In this document: positions 28,210 to 41,826 of the stretch, in pieces
How positions within the stretch are numbered: position 1 is the first letter of the stretch
Layout of the letters: each line of letters opens with the position of its first letter
Assembly: GCA_951406725.2 (NCBI GenBank)
Contig: OX597826.1
Location: forward strand, 55,366,001 to 55,430,000
Origin: Octopus vulgaris
Lineage: Eukaryota
Direction: 5' to 3'
Length of the DNA: 64,000 nucleotides
Position numbers and translations under genes: made by a program
The notes under the pieces: model-generated
What the model saw: only the letters and a program-made list of their open reading frames with translations
Database searches by the model: none
Told to the model about the DNA's origin: nothing

Positions 28210-28520
28210 AGATTGGTTGACGGAAACTGAAAGAAGCCCGCCGTATATACATACATATACATACATATATACAAACACACACACACAGATATATGTGTGC
28301 ATCCATGTGTGTTTTTGTCTTTGTGTTAGACCTTCAAAATCGCGTGACAACCGTTGTTGGTTTACTTACATCTCGGTAACCTAGTGGTTCGGTTTAAAAG
28401 AACGATAAAAAATTACCAGGCTTAAACACTTAAATAATGGTGTCTATTTGTTTGATTAAAACCCTTGGAAGCTGGGTCGTGCCATGGCCACCACCCAATG
28501 GCTGTAATAAGCAATAGCTA
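28210..28520 (+). mobile_element. SINE group C partial
   Basis: gattggttgacggaaactgaaagaagcccg...gacaaccgttgttggtttacttacatctcggtaacctagtggttcgg. Confidence 0.65.
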
Positions 28521-28587
28521 AATGATAGTATATACATACATGTATACATAAACACAAGCACAAACACACATACACACACTTTTAAAT

Positions 28588-28902
28588 TGGCACTTCGTCC
28601 GTTACGACGACGAGGGTTCACGCTGATCCGATCAACGGAACAGCCAGCTAGGAAAATTAATGTGAAAGCGGCTGCGCACTCCACAGCCACTTGTGCCGTT
28701 AATGTAGTTCATTAGTGACATATCAAATGTGAGAAAGCTGACCCTTTGAATTACAGCTACAACTCATTTTTGCCAGCTGAGTGGACTGAAGCAACGTGAA
28801 ATAAAGTGTCTTGCTCAAGGACTCAATGCGCCGCTACGAATTGAACTCAGGACTTTACGATCGTGTGCCGATTACTCTAACCACCAAGCTACGTGCCTTC
28901 AC
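28588..28902 (-). mobile_element. SINE group R (CORE-like) with tail gttccgttgatcggatc...gtcgtaacggacg
   Basis: Head and core as at 7247; tail shared with 31216-31412. Confidence 0.75.
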
Positions 28903-29661
28903 ATATATTTAAATTATAAGGGGAAAAAATTGAATATCAATTTGATTAATATCAATTTAAAACCAGTGGTCTAGCATATTTAAAAATTTGAAGTTTCAGA
29001 AAAAATTATACTACATACATATAAAAGGGATGACCTTTAAGGATGAACGTTCTGGCGTTTGCTAAATTTTCTTGAGAACATTTCTTTCTTAGTGGTAAGA
29101 CCATAACGGATCTTCTTCTAGCATAATGGATGTCCACTTACAGGTCATCCCTTTTATATGTATGCCTTCACTCATATATATATATATATGTATGAATGTT
29201 GTTGTGTTTGTGCATGTTTATTTGTCTGTGGTGTGTCTGTATCTCAGCTTATGTATATAAAATAGCATCCAAATCTACCCTATATAAGCAACCATTAACA
29301 CCTAAGCAGAGAAGAACATGTCGGATGTAGTTGAAAAATTGGAAGTAACTGTTAATACTATCACGTCTTTGATCATAGATGTGTTCAGGTGAGACTGACC
29401 GCGGTCTAATCGACATCAAAATGTACAAGGCTATTATTTGTGCTCGTATTTTTAGCAAGAAAATGACAATGCTGTGCCTTTTGTGCTTGAGAATCAAATA
29501 TCATGTCTTCTGTCGGGTAATAATACTTGGACTTCCTGAGAGGCGCTATTGTTATCTCGATTCTTCTCTGGAGAAAGTTGGGGCCTATTGAAGTGAAATC
29601 AGAACTATGAGCCAAATGGAAACATTCATGAATTTTAAAGTAAAGTCGCTACATATGAAAC

Positions 29662-29860
29662 TCTTGTTTCAGTCAAATGACTGCGACCATGCAGGAGTAC
29701 AAATCCGCCCCAGGACTTATTCTTTGGAAGCCTAGTACTTATTCTATCGGTCTCTTTTGCCGAACCGCTAAGTTACGGGGAGGTAAACACACCAGCATCG
29801 GTTGTCAAGCGATATTAGGGGGACAAACACAGACACACAAACATATACACACATACATAT

Positions 29861-29948
<88 letters not shown>

Positions 29949-30112
29949 GATGGGCCTCTTTCAGTTTCTGTCTACTAAGTTCACTCACAAGGCTTTGGTC
30001 GGCCCGAGGCTATAGTAGAAGACACTTGCACAAGGTGTCACGCAGTGGGATTGAACTCGGAACCTTGTGGTTCGTAAGCAAGCTACTTATCACACACCCA
30101 CTCCTGTGCCTA
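29662..30112 (-). mobile_element. SINE group C, near full length
   Basis: Reverse complement of 26542-26930. Confidence 0.8.
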
Positions 30113-30147
30113 TGATATGGCATTGCACTAAATTTCATTCTGAAGGA

Positions 30148-30460
30148 AGGCGACAAGCTAGAAGAATAGTTACAAGTACGCCGGGAAGGGCAAAATACTT
30201 AGTGTATTTCGTCCGCCTTTACATTCTAGATCCTAATTCCGCTGAGGTCCACTTTGTCTTTCATCCTTCCGGGGTCGATAAAATAAGTACCAGTTGAGCA
30301 TTGGAGTCAGTAATCAGTAATTTCCCTGAAATTACTGGCTTTGTGCCAAAATCTGAAAGCAATATTTGAAATTTTGAAGCCGAGCTAGCAGAATCGTAAA
30401 CACGCCGGGAAAAGTGCATAGTGGGTGTTTTTCGTCCGTCTTCATGTTCTGAGTTCAAAT
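30148..30460 (+). mobile_element. SINE group M copy plus a second head fragment
   Basis: ctttgtctttcatccttccggggtcgataaaataagtaccag. Confidence 0.7.
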
Positions 30461-31215
30461 TTTTGAAACCATTAAATATAGTAAACATCATCATAATATA
30501 GTAAACATAATTATAATATAGTAAACATAAATTCACTATCAAAGACCAATAATCAAAAGTATGACATGATTGTCGCTATTTATTTATTGATTTATGGCAG
30601 ACTGTCGTATAAACATCTCTCTATCAATTATAATTGGGCCATTATCCTTCAACGCCATTATATATAAATATATGTTTTGAGTCGTTTTGTCAGTGGGTTT
30701 GTTGTGTATGTTCGAGTGTGAATATATGCGTGTTTCTAATCATAAATTAATGTTTTCAGAAAGACAGCCGTCACTAGTAAGCGAGCAAGATCTGGTAGCA
30801 TGTACCATGATTTCGCGAATTTTTTTAGGTGCCATTGCAGTTAGTTGCGATTAGACAGATACTCTCTTCGTCATGTCACATGTAATACAACGGAAGTTCG
30901 AAGCTGTGATTGTTTTTTTTTTTAAATCTTTGTACGATCTGTTAAATGTTTGTTAACCTTGTAGCTAAATGCTTTTGTTTTGAAATGTTCTGATTTGTGA
31001 AGTATAAATTGTTAAACTAAGCAACTGCCTTCGCTGTCTCTCTCCTTTGTTGTTTTTGTCTCGGTTACTGGCGTTCGTTCCCTTGTCCTCCGCTTTCTGT
31101 GGTGGACATCCGTTTGACTGAGCGCTCAGCGTCGTCGCGGCTTAGGGCCGGTTATCGACCCGGAAGCCCTAGTGTCTTAGGATCCTGAGTTGAGCGCGCG
31201 ACGTAACAGTATTAA

Positions 31216-31412
31216 TGGCCTGCTCGCTTAGCCAGCGGGGTGGCGTCATTTGAAGGCTAAAACAATGCGAAACGCTGAATCTCCACGAGGACTACGTTTA
31301 AAGGTACACGTTTCTGTGGAGTGCTCAGCCACTTGCACGTTTGTTTCACGAGTAGGCTGTTCCGTTGATCGGATCAACTAGAACCCGCGTCGTCGTAACC
31401 GACGGGTTGCCC
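31216..31412 (+). mobile_element. SINE group R 3' portion
   Basis: ggcctgctcgcttagccagcggggtggcgtcatttgaaggc joined to the tail seen at 28588. Confidence 0.7.
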
Positions 31413-31451
31413 CGATATATATACACTAACACACATATATATTGCGCCTCT

Positions 31452-31498
<47 letters not shown>

Positions 31499-32144
31499 GC
31501 ATGTGTGATTTTTGTGTACAGAGATAAACAGAGCAAAGACAGACAGTCAGAATGTGCTTATATTCTCCGTTAATATTTAATCTTGCATTAATCTATGATG
31601 TAATCATTTTGAAGCATTGTAATCACTCGTGCATACAATATACTGTTCCTGTATACTGACACCTACACCTGTATTTATTTTCCTTTCTGTTTTGGAGGTT
31701 GCAGCGCGTATTTCCTTTTCGACTATCATTTGGTTTTGTTTCGTTTCATATCGCTTTCCAGTTGGCAAAATATTGTTCCCCCAACCACATTTCTTTTTTT
31801 TTTATTTTGCAAATTCAATTTTATAACAAACAGTTGGACTGAACTGCTTCTTATATATATTCTTTCATGTTTTCATGACATCTCTCATTACGTCAAAGTA
31901 AATATCCAATCACAGGAATATTCCCATATCAATTAGTCATTTTATTTTAATTTTCGTTTAAATCCCATTCTAATAATTCTTAATTGCCATATAAAAAATG
32001 GTAGCTACAAAACTTCGAAGTCAATATCAGATAGTAAACTAAAGTGGTTTGACGCATCTGTTCTATTAAGTCATTTCTCAGGACACAAACGGAGACACAC
32101 ACACATACACATAACTTCATATATACACTATTACAAATATCACG

Positions 32145-32176
<32 letters not shown>

Positions 32177-32179
32177 GCG

Positions 32180-33115
32180 ACACTTTCTAGCTATGCCGAC
32201 GATACAAAAATAGTAGAAGCAGTCAAGGAATCTTCTGATGCAAAGCTTCTACAGAAAGACCTAGATGACACATATAAATGGGCTGAAGACAACAAAATGC
32301 AATTTAATGCAGGCTAATTCCAAGCCCTCTTCTACCAGGTAATTGGTGCTCAGAAGATGCAACAACGATACTTTAGACCAAAAGGAGCAGCAATTCCAGA
32401 ATCACATGCGGTGTGTGATCTTGGGATTGATATGAGCAACGATGCCTCGTTTCACATACATACCACCAACATGGTTGTAGTGTGCAGACGAATGGCGGAT
32501 GGATTCTGAGAACCTTCTGAGCAAGGGACCAGGAATCTATGCTGATCCTATGGAGGACATTTGTCCCCAGCCGTCTGGACTACTGCTCTTTACTGTGGTC
32601 ACCTTAAAGTGTCGGATTAATATCGGAAACTCAGGCGGGTCAGCGATGCTACATAAGGAAGATTGCATCAATGGAGGAGCTGAGCTTCTGGGAGAGACTG
32701 AAAGGGCTACGATTCTACTCTCTGGAGCGAAGACGGGAGAGGCATGCAGTGATACTGGAGGGGCTGGCATCAAAGTGTGGAATTAAAAATTATACCAGAC
32801 CTCAAATTAGACGTCACTACACTGTTCCAGATATCGCATCTGTCCCATCTAAGTTGACGAACATTTGCTGCAAAGGCTTGCGATCCATGGGCTCACAGAT
32901 ATTTAACGCCTTGCCAAAACATCTGAGGGATCACCATGGGTTGGGGCTAAATATTTTCAAGAAGCATCCAAAATCCCAAATAAACCAATATCAAAGTAGG
33001 AAACTCAAAAGAGGGCAGCACTGTCGAACTCACTCGTTAATTAAAAGCCAATCACATAGAATTGACCGCTTAAAAGGTGATTACACTGGCGGTGCCCCAG
33101 CATGGCCACTGCCTT
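32180..33115 (+). mobile_element. 5'-truncated CR1-group LINE (RT C-terminal half plus 3' UTR)
   Basis: SYADDTKI...LQKDLD...WAEDNKMQFN...DLGIDMS...SRLDYCSLLWSP...LSFWERLKGLRFYSLERRRER; stops and frameshifts. Confidence 0.9.
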
Positions 33116-33146
33116 AAGGATAAAACATATAAAAGAATTAAAGCGT

Positions 33147-33176
<30 letters not shown>

Positions 33177-33177
<1 letters not shown>

Positions 33178-34072
33178 GGGCGGGATAGAGAGGACGGACG
33201 TTTTTGAAATGGCTATGACTCAGCCCCAGCGGTTGGGACATATATACGACAGGTATCCTTCGGTTTGTGTTGTCTAACATTTTAATTTTAATTTCAGGTG
33301 AAGCCGTGTCACTGTGGACGATAGAGCATCGCGTGTTTCCCTACGACAGTTACGTGAAGAATAACGAGTCTGTCACAGTGGTTCAGCGCGAACTTCGGCG
33401 CCAATTCAACATTCACCGAAATCAGCCCGTTCCCATCCGTAACACAATTCTTACGCTGGGTGAATGCACTTCGTACACGAGGTACACTAATGAATAGAAG
33501 ACCGGTGGGGGGGGGGGCGACACGAACGGTACGGATCTTTGATACGGGGTTCGAATCGCTCTGCTCGGAAGCATTTCACTGAACGTAGGATGGGTAATGA
33601 ATCGGTAAGGTGTATTTTGCATGAAGAGATGCCTTTTGCGTGTGTTTTCAGCAGGATGGTCCAACGGTACACACAGCCAAAAAATTAATAGATGTTCTTC
33701 ACCCTCTCTTTGAAGACCGCCTCATTTCCAGGTTTGCTGACATTCCTTGGCCCCCTCGGTTACGTGATATGTCCATATGTGATTATTTCTTGCGGAGAAA
33801 CCTCAAGGCACGTGTGCATGGGCATTGGATGATTTGAAGTTAGTTATTCGCATGGAAGTCGCCCAAATCGACAGAGCAATGCTGTAGAGAGTGGAGGGCA
33901 ACTTCCAAGAACGCCTTCAGAAATGCATCAAGGAAAACAGACACCACATGATGGATGCTGTTTCCCATATTTCATTTTCACAAATGCTAATTCAATACAA
34001 ATAAATTGATGTCAATAATATTTGTTCGGAGCTAAAATTATTGATTTTATAAACTTCCCCAAAACGCTCCAT

Positions 34073-34077
<5 letters not shown>
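33177..34077 (+). mobile_element. Internally deleted Tc1/mariner-superfamily transposon
   Basis: N-terminal HTH ...NESVTVVQRELRRQFNIHRNQPVPIRNTIL; catalytic remnant FQQDGPTVHT...WPPRLRDMSICDYFL; (TA)n on both sides with degenerate TIRs. Confidence 0.85.
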
Positions 34078-34121
<44 letters not shown>

Positions 34122-34129
34122 GTATCTAT

Positions 34130-34350
34130 GTGTGTGTTTATGTGTTCGTGTTTGTGTCCCCCAACATCGCTTGACAACTGGTAGTGGTGTGTTTACGTCG
34201 CCTTAACATAGCGGTTCGGCAAAAGAGACCGATAGAATAAGTATTAGGTTTACAAAGAATAAATACTGGGGTCGATTTGCTCGACTAAATGTGCTGCTCC
34301 AGCATGGCCACAGTCAAATGACTGAAACAAGTAAAAGAGAGTAAAAAGAG
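34130..34350 (+). mobile_element. SINE group C 3' half
   Basis: tttgtgtccccccaacatcgcttgacaac...gctccagcatggccacagtcaaatgactgaaacaagtaaaagag. Confidence 0.8.
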
Positions 34351-34354
34351 AGTG

Positions 34355-34429
<75 letters not shown>

Positions 34430-35115
34430 CTGCCAGAGAAGTTGGAGATGATTTATCTCCTTGTTTCCGTTGTAAACAAGAGTGCATTTTGCACTGAAAG
34501 CCAATATCAGAGTTTCATTCCTAATAACTACCGCAGTATAGTTTGTCCTAACAGGACATCCACGTTTAAGGTACGTTTAAGATATAAATATAGATATACA
34601 AAATACGCACACTCACACACACACATGCACACACACACATACATATTATACAATTTATATTCATGTATGTAAAATATACATATTCTATAATAATATTTTT
34701 ATTCATAATATATATACACATACATATATGTATATGTTTGTAGGTATATAGTGATGTGTGTGTGTTTGTGCATGTGTATGTGTGTAGGTGTGTGTGTTAT
34801 CTATAAGATTCTCATGGACTCAAGAGGACACATCTCGCCTCAGTTTAATCGAGATATGATTCACTAAATCGCTCTACAAAGAATTATAAGTAATTATGAA
34901 TAATTCACGTTTGCAATATTAGTATCAAGTGAGAAATAAAACGCTCAGACAATTCCAATTCGACAGTTTCATAGAAATAGCTTTAATATGAAAACTAAAT
35001 TTCGCCATTCTTTCCCGTAACAGAACGCTATTTTCTTTATGTGCTGAATATACTCTTATATGCATACATCTAACATTAGATATATATATACGTACATATA
35101 TATATACACCCACAT

Positions 35116-35372
35116 GTGGAGGAGCAATGGCCCAGTGGTTAGAGCAGCGGACTCGCGGTCGGAGAATTGCGGTTTCGATTCCCAGACCGGGCGTTGTGTG
35201 TGTTTAGTGGTGAGCCCTGCTGTACTCTTTCACCACTCTTTCTCTCACTCTTTCTCCTGTTGGCCTGCTCGCTTAGCCAGCGGGGTAGCGTCGTTCGAAG
35301 GCTAAAACAACGCATTGTGAACAGCGATGTGTAGCAACATCTGATGGTCTGGTCGGTCACGTGATCACGTGA
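35116..35372 (+). mobile_element. SINE group R copy
   Basis: tggaggagcaatggcccagtggttagagcagcggactcgcggtcgg...ggtttcgattccc. Confidence 0.8.
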
Positions 35373-35484
35373 TATACACACATAGATTCGTTTCTACTCT
35401 AGGCACAAGTCTCGAAATTTTGGGGGATAGGACCAGTCGTTTAGATCGGTTCCAGTATGCAACTGATACACCAACACAAAGGTC

Positions 35485-35855
35485 GCTGGCGTGGGTGTGT
35501 GGTAAGTTCCATGTTCGCAACAATATGGCCCCTTGGGCAGGTGTCTTCTACTATAGCTTCGGGCCGACCAAATACCTGAGTGGATTTGCTAGACGGGAAA
35601 TGAAAGAAGCTCACCGTATATATACATATGTATATATCACTGTGCATATGTGTCTGTATCTGTGATTGTCCCCACCCCCATCACCGCTTGAAAACCGGTT
35701 TTGGTGTGCTTACGTCCACGTAATCTAGAGGTTCATCAGAAGAGGCCGATAGAATAGGAAATAAATCCTAGGGTCAATTTGTTCGACTGAAACTAAAAAA
35801 AAGCTCTCAAGGCGGAGCTCCAGCATGGCCGCAGTCAGAGACTGAAACAATTAAC
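35485..35855 (+). mobile_element. SINE group C copy
   Basis: Similarity to 26542-26930 including the tail. Confidence 0.75.
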
Positions 35856-36169
35856 AGAATGAATGAATTTGACCTGAGGTCAACTTGGGGTCAGAGATCA
35901 AACGACAACAACTTTAAAAATATAGACAACAAAAATAAATTAAAAGAAGGATGTAATGGCTTTTATCGCTATCTTATCTCGATCACTGGAAACCGGCCAT
36001 GCTGAAGCAACACATTAAAGTGTTTTAATCGAATAAATCGTCCCCAGTACATCTTTTTGAAGTCTAGTAATATTCTATCGACCACGTTTTGCCTAACCGC
36101 TAACCAAAATAACACCGTTTGTCAAGCAGTGGTGGCGGATAAACATAAACATATACACACATAGAAACA

Positions 36170-36262
<93 letters not shown>

Positions 36263-36619
36263 CATATATACATGCACGCACATATATATATGGTCATGAT
36301 TTTTATGACTATACCAACTATGATTTCTGTCTGCTCCCTCAGCCCTACCCCTAACTGATACTGCCCCTTTGTTCTCTCAGCCTTAGATATACAAGGATTT
36401 GATAAACTAGTCTATAAATTAAAACTGACCTCATAAAAAACAGAATATCAGTGACAGGCAGAGTCTGTAACAATGCATATCTTCTTGATACTTTAGTAGC
36501 TTCTATGCGGAAGTGAAGACAGCATGTTCTTTGTCTATCTTTTTAACTTCTTGGAGATTTTAGGTATAATTATACTAATGTGTCCATCTGTTCTAATTTA
36601 ATTAAATTCTACGTCTTTG

Positions 36620-36706
36620 TGCAGCTGAGGATTGCTCTGCATTTTAAACTGATGTAATGATTGCATTGTTCAATTAAATGGAGTTGCATGAATCGAGCAT
36701 ACTGCA
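36620..36706 (+). ncRNA. Diverged hammerhead homologous to 49582-49667
   Basis: TGCAG-CTGAGGA...GAATCGAGCATA-CTGCA; shares the stem II insert gcattttaaa.ctg.tgtaat and downstream attcttgttgcttattttgat. Confidence 0.55.
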
Positions 36707-36942
36707 TTACCTCAGGATATTCTTGTTGCTTATTTTGATATATACATACATACACACATACACAGACACACAGACACACAAACACACGAATACACACACA
36801 CACACACACTCACACACATATATATACCTACATAATATACATGCGTTTATATATGTGTGTGTGTATACACACACACACACATATATATATATAATATACA
36901 TGTGTGTGTATATGTGTGTGTATATTATATGCATACATACAG

Positions 36943-37103
36943 AGGGCTTCCTTCATTTTCCGTCTACGAAATATACTCACGAAGCTTTGACCGGGTGGAG
37001 ACTATAGGAAAAGACAGCTGCCCAAGGTGCAACGCTTTGGAACTGAACCTAACACCACGTGGTTGAGAAGCAAACTTTTTACCATACAGCCACGCCAGCG
37101 CCC
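36943..37103 (-). mobile_element. SINE group C head
   Basis: Similarity to 11340-11500. Confidence 0.65.
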
Positions 37104-37663
37104 ATATTATGTATTTTATTCTAGAATTTTCTTTTGTCCTTTAAGTCAAATTGTTGATTCTTTTATTCCATAGCTATTCAGTGATCAGAACCGAATGCAC
37201 TTTGCTAGTTTAACATTCTTTTTCTACAGAGATCAAGACGTATTATATAATCGCAAAGACAAAAATCTGTGACTATGGAATATTTTTTCATTTTTATTAC
37301 ATTTTCTTAAAGTTTTCTTATTCTTTTACCTTTTTTATATGACATTTATTTTTATGACATTTCTAACATCTCAACAATAAACGACTGGTTTTCTAAGCTG
37401 AATCCTAGTAATTCATGAGACAGAATACAGAATGTTATGTGCATGCTTTTTTTTTTTATTGATTTTTAGTTCTTTTGGTTTTAGTTTTTATTCTATCCAA
37501 TATTGCAAACTCATACCTTATTCTTACTGACCTGTCTATATTGACATTTGCTGTTTTTGTTTCCATTTTGCAATAAAACCTACAAGACTCTGATCTGGGG
37601 AGGAAATACATTAAACTAATCGGCAGCAAATTCGATTGGTCAGGCAGGTTAAGTTACTCATAT

Positions 37664-37828
37664 AGGCGTAGTTATGGCTGTGAGGCTAAACGCTCGTTTC
37701 CATCTACGTGTTTTCCGGTTCAATCCCACTGCACGACACATTTTGGGCAAATGTCGTTTACTACAGCCCCGGGTCCACCAATGTCTTCCGAGTGAATTTA
37801 GTCGACGAAAACTGTAAGGGAGCCCATT
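37664..37828 (+). mobile_element. SINE group C head, degenerate
   Basis: ggcgtagttatggctgtgagg...ccggttcaatcccactgcacgacacattttgggcaaatgtc. Confidence 0.6.
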
Positions 37829-37843
37829 GTATGTATATACATA

Positions 37844-37949
<106 letters not shown>

Positions 37950-38028
37950 CATTATTATTATTATTTGTTCGTTCCCGTCTGGGCTATGAAAGGTCTTTGT
38001 ATATCTTTGTTGGTCGTAATTATTCATA

Positions 38029-38137
38029 CCAATATTTAATTCCTGACGAAGAATCCAATTTTTATTTCACGAAGATGATTTCGTTTTTGTTTTTGGAATT
38101 AATTAAACTCCGAAACAATTTGTAGAATTTATATTGG
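38029..38137 (+). ncRNA. Type I hammerhead ribozyme motif
   Basis: Stem I AATTC/GAATT extended by CCAATAT/ATATTGG; CTGACGA 38043-38049; GAAACAATTTGTA 38112-38124; stem II weak. Confidence 0.6.
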
Positions 38138-38261
38138 ATCTATACCAACCTGGATTATGTATTAAAGATCGTCTACACCTACAATTGCTTCCTTTCCTTA
38201 TTCTTTATATACATACATTCATACATACAGACATACATACATACATACATACATACATACA

Positions 38262-38294
<33 letters not shown>

Positions 38295-39239
38295 GTATTC
38301 GTCATGATAGATCGCGCGTTTCGGAATTAGATCGGTATAATATTCTCTAGTGCCTTCGAATTTAATATTTATTAATTAATATTTCTGGAATCCCACGCTG
38401 ATGAGCCGAAAATGGTCGGGTATGGTATAGCTATTTATTCTTTATACCGATCTAATATGTATATATGTATATATACATACATATATATATATGTAGGTAT
38501 ATATATATCTATATATATATATCTATCTATCTCTATATATATATATGTATGTATGCATGTATTAGTCTGTGCGCGGGCGTGTGTGTGCGTGCGTACGTAC
38601 GTGTGTCAGTGTCTTCATATTTCTGTTAATCTCACGCATCTATTGCTTAACTTCGGTTTTGGTTTGTTTGTGATCCCGTAAATAAGAGGATCGACAAAAT
38701 AGACCGATTCTATTTCTTTGTTTTACCGAATAATTACCAGACTTCTTCGGTAAAAAAAACACTTCTGAGAGGAAGTTGTTCGACTAAATACTCCAGAACC
38801 GATAGAATAAGTACTAGGCTTCCAAAGAATAAGTCCTGGAGTCGATTTGCTTGACTAAAGCCGGTGCTCCAGCATAGCCGCAGTCAAATGACTAAAACAA
38901 GTAATAGAGAAAAGCCGGATGGAATGCTGCCAATGCTGCTAAGTATTTGATGCGACGTGGTTACGAATCTGTTTGTGCACCGCCATTTTGAAATGTCTGC
39001 GCTTCAAATTTAAGCACAAACTAGTGTGAACCGAAGGAAATTTATCAGCTATTTCTAGCAGGTTGAATGTGTGACACCATTCCACTTTCCATCCATCCCA
39101 CACCCAAACAAATTAGTCCCCTTTCTAACAAAGAGACGTGATATAAATAATCTTTGTACAAAAACAGAAAATGAAAAGCGAAAGAAAGATAACAGCGACG
39201 GCAACGACGATGGCGCTGACGATAAAGACGAAGAAAAAC

Positions 39240-40090
<851 letters not shown>

Positions 40091-40774
40091 TACTATTATT
40101 ATTATCATTTCCTTATTATTTTCATTTTGTGTGTGTGTGTGTGTATGTGTATTTAGTCTGAAATTAGTCAAAGAACGAAATAAATTAGGAGTTCTTCTCT
40201 ACTAAACCAAACAAAAGGACAGTGTTTTGTCATAGCTCAGCACTTCGATTAGTTCTACTCATTTACTTTGTAGATATAATAATATAATAAAAATAAGATG
40301 GCGGTGAAAGGTAAGAAGTGGCGAGGGATGTGTTGGCCTGCGACTGGTTGGTTGGCTGGTTGGCCGGTTGGTTAGTTCGTTCGTTCGTTCGTACGTTCGT
40401 TGGTAGGGTAGGCTGGCTAGTTTGCTGGCTAGCTTTATGTTTATATTTTTATCGCTTCTTTGCAAACTTGTCGTCGCTGATTACTTCCCTATCTCAAAAG
40501 AAAATGAGAGAGTAACAAGTGAATTACAAAAGAAACAAAAAGAAAAAAAAATTGTAAAAAAAAATCAAAGGAGAAAAATTAAACAAGCGCTAAGAAAGTG
40601 TAGAAAAAAATATATACTATCTATTCAATCAAGGGAATAAACATACATATACGTGTGTACGTGTTAATGTATGTATGTACACGCATACACACACACACAC
40701 ACATATATATGTGTAATTTATATATACACTTACAAATAAATATAAGTATGTGTGTTTGTATGCTTATACACACA

Positions 40775-40839
<65 letters not shown>

Positions 40840-41046
40840 TGTATACATATATAGGCATCAATATTTATACACTCAAACAAAACGCACGCGCGCATAAACG
40901 CCTACACCCGCATATATGTATGTATATATATATATATATATATATATCTGTGTGTGTGTGTGTGTATATATATATATGTTTATACACATATATATATAAA
41001 ATGCATATGTATGTATATATATGTATGTATGTATATATGTATATAC

Positions 41047-41087
<41 letters not shown>

Positions 41088-41129
41088 TATAGATATACAT
41101 ACATATATATATACATACATATATATATA

Positions 41130-41169
<40 letters not shown>

Positions 41170-41657
41170 GCATCTATATGTTTATATATATATATATGCA
41201 TTTATACGTTTATATATATATTGCAGTCATTTTTGCACACAGACACACATACAAACGCACACGCAAATACTCTCTCTCTCTCACACACACACACACGCGC
41301 GCACACACACATACGCATACAGAGCACAATAGAGAACAGTGAGATGTAGACAGTGTTAGATAGAGCGAAGGAACTAATTACCAATGCAAATTATCACCAG
41401 CGTTCAACCTTACAAAGTTAATGTTCAGTAGTCTTATTTTCGTATTATATTTTTTTATACTACCATCTCCCAGATAGCTGTAATAAATTAAACACGCTGA
41501 AGAAAGAAGGTGATTATATTTTAAAGGATAGATACATATATTTTGATGTCTGTTTAGTGAACTGGAAACTGTAATGGTATTGGACGTTGATTGGAATACT
41601 TTCGTTCTATTTTATTGTTTGTTTTTTTTCCCTCTATACATTTCGTGTTTTATATAA

Positions 41658-41691
<34 letters not shown>

Positions 41692-41710
41692 CTATATCTC
41701 TCTATATATG

Positions 41711-41746
<36 letters not shown>

Positions 41747-41786
41747 AATATGTATATATATATATATATATGTATGTGTATATATT

Positions 41787-41826
<40 letters not shown>

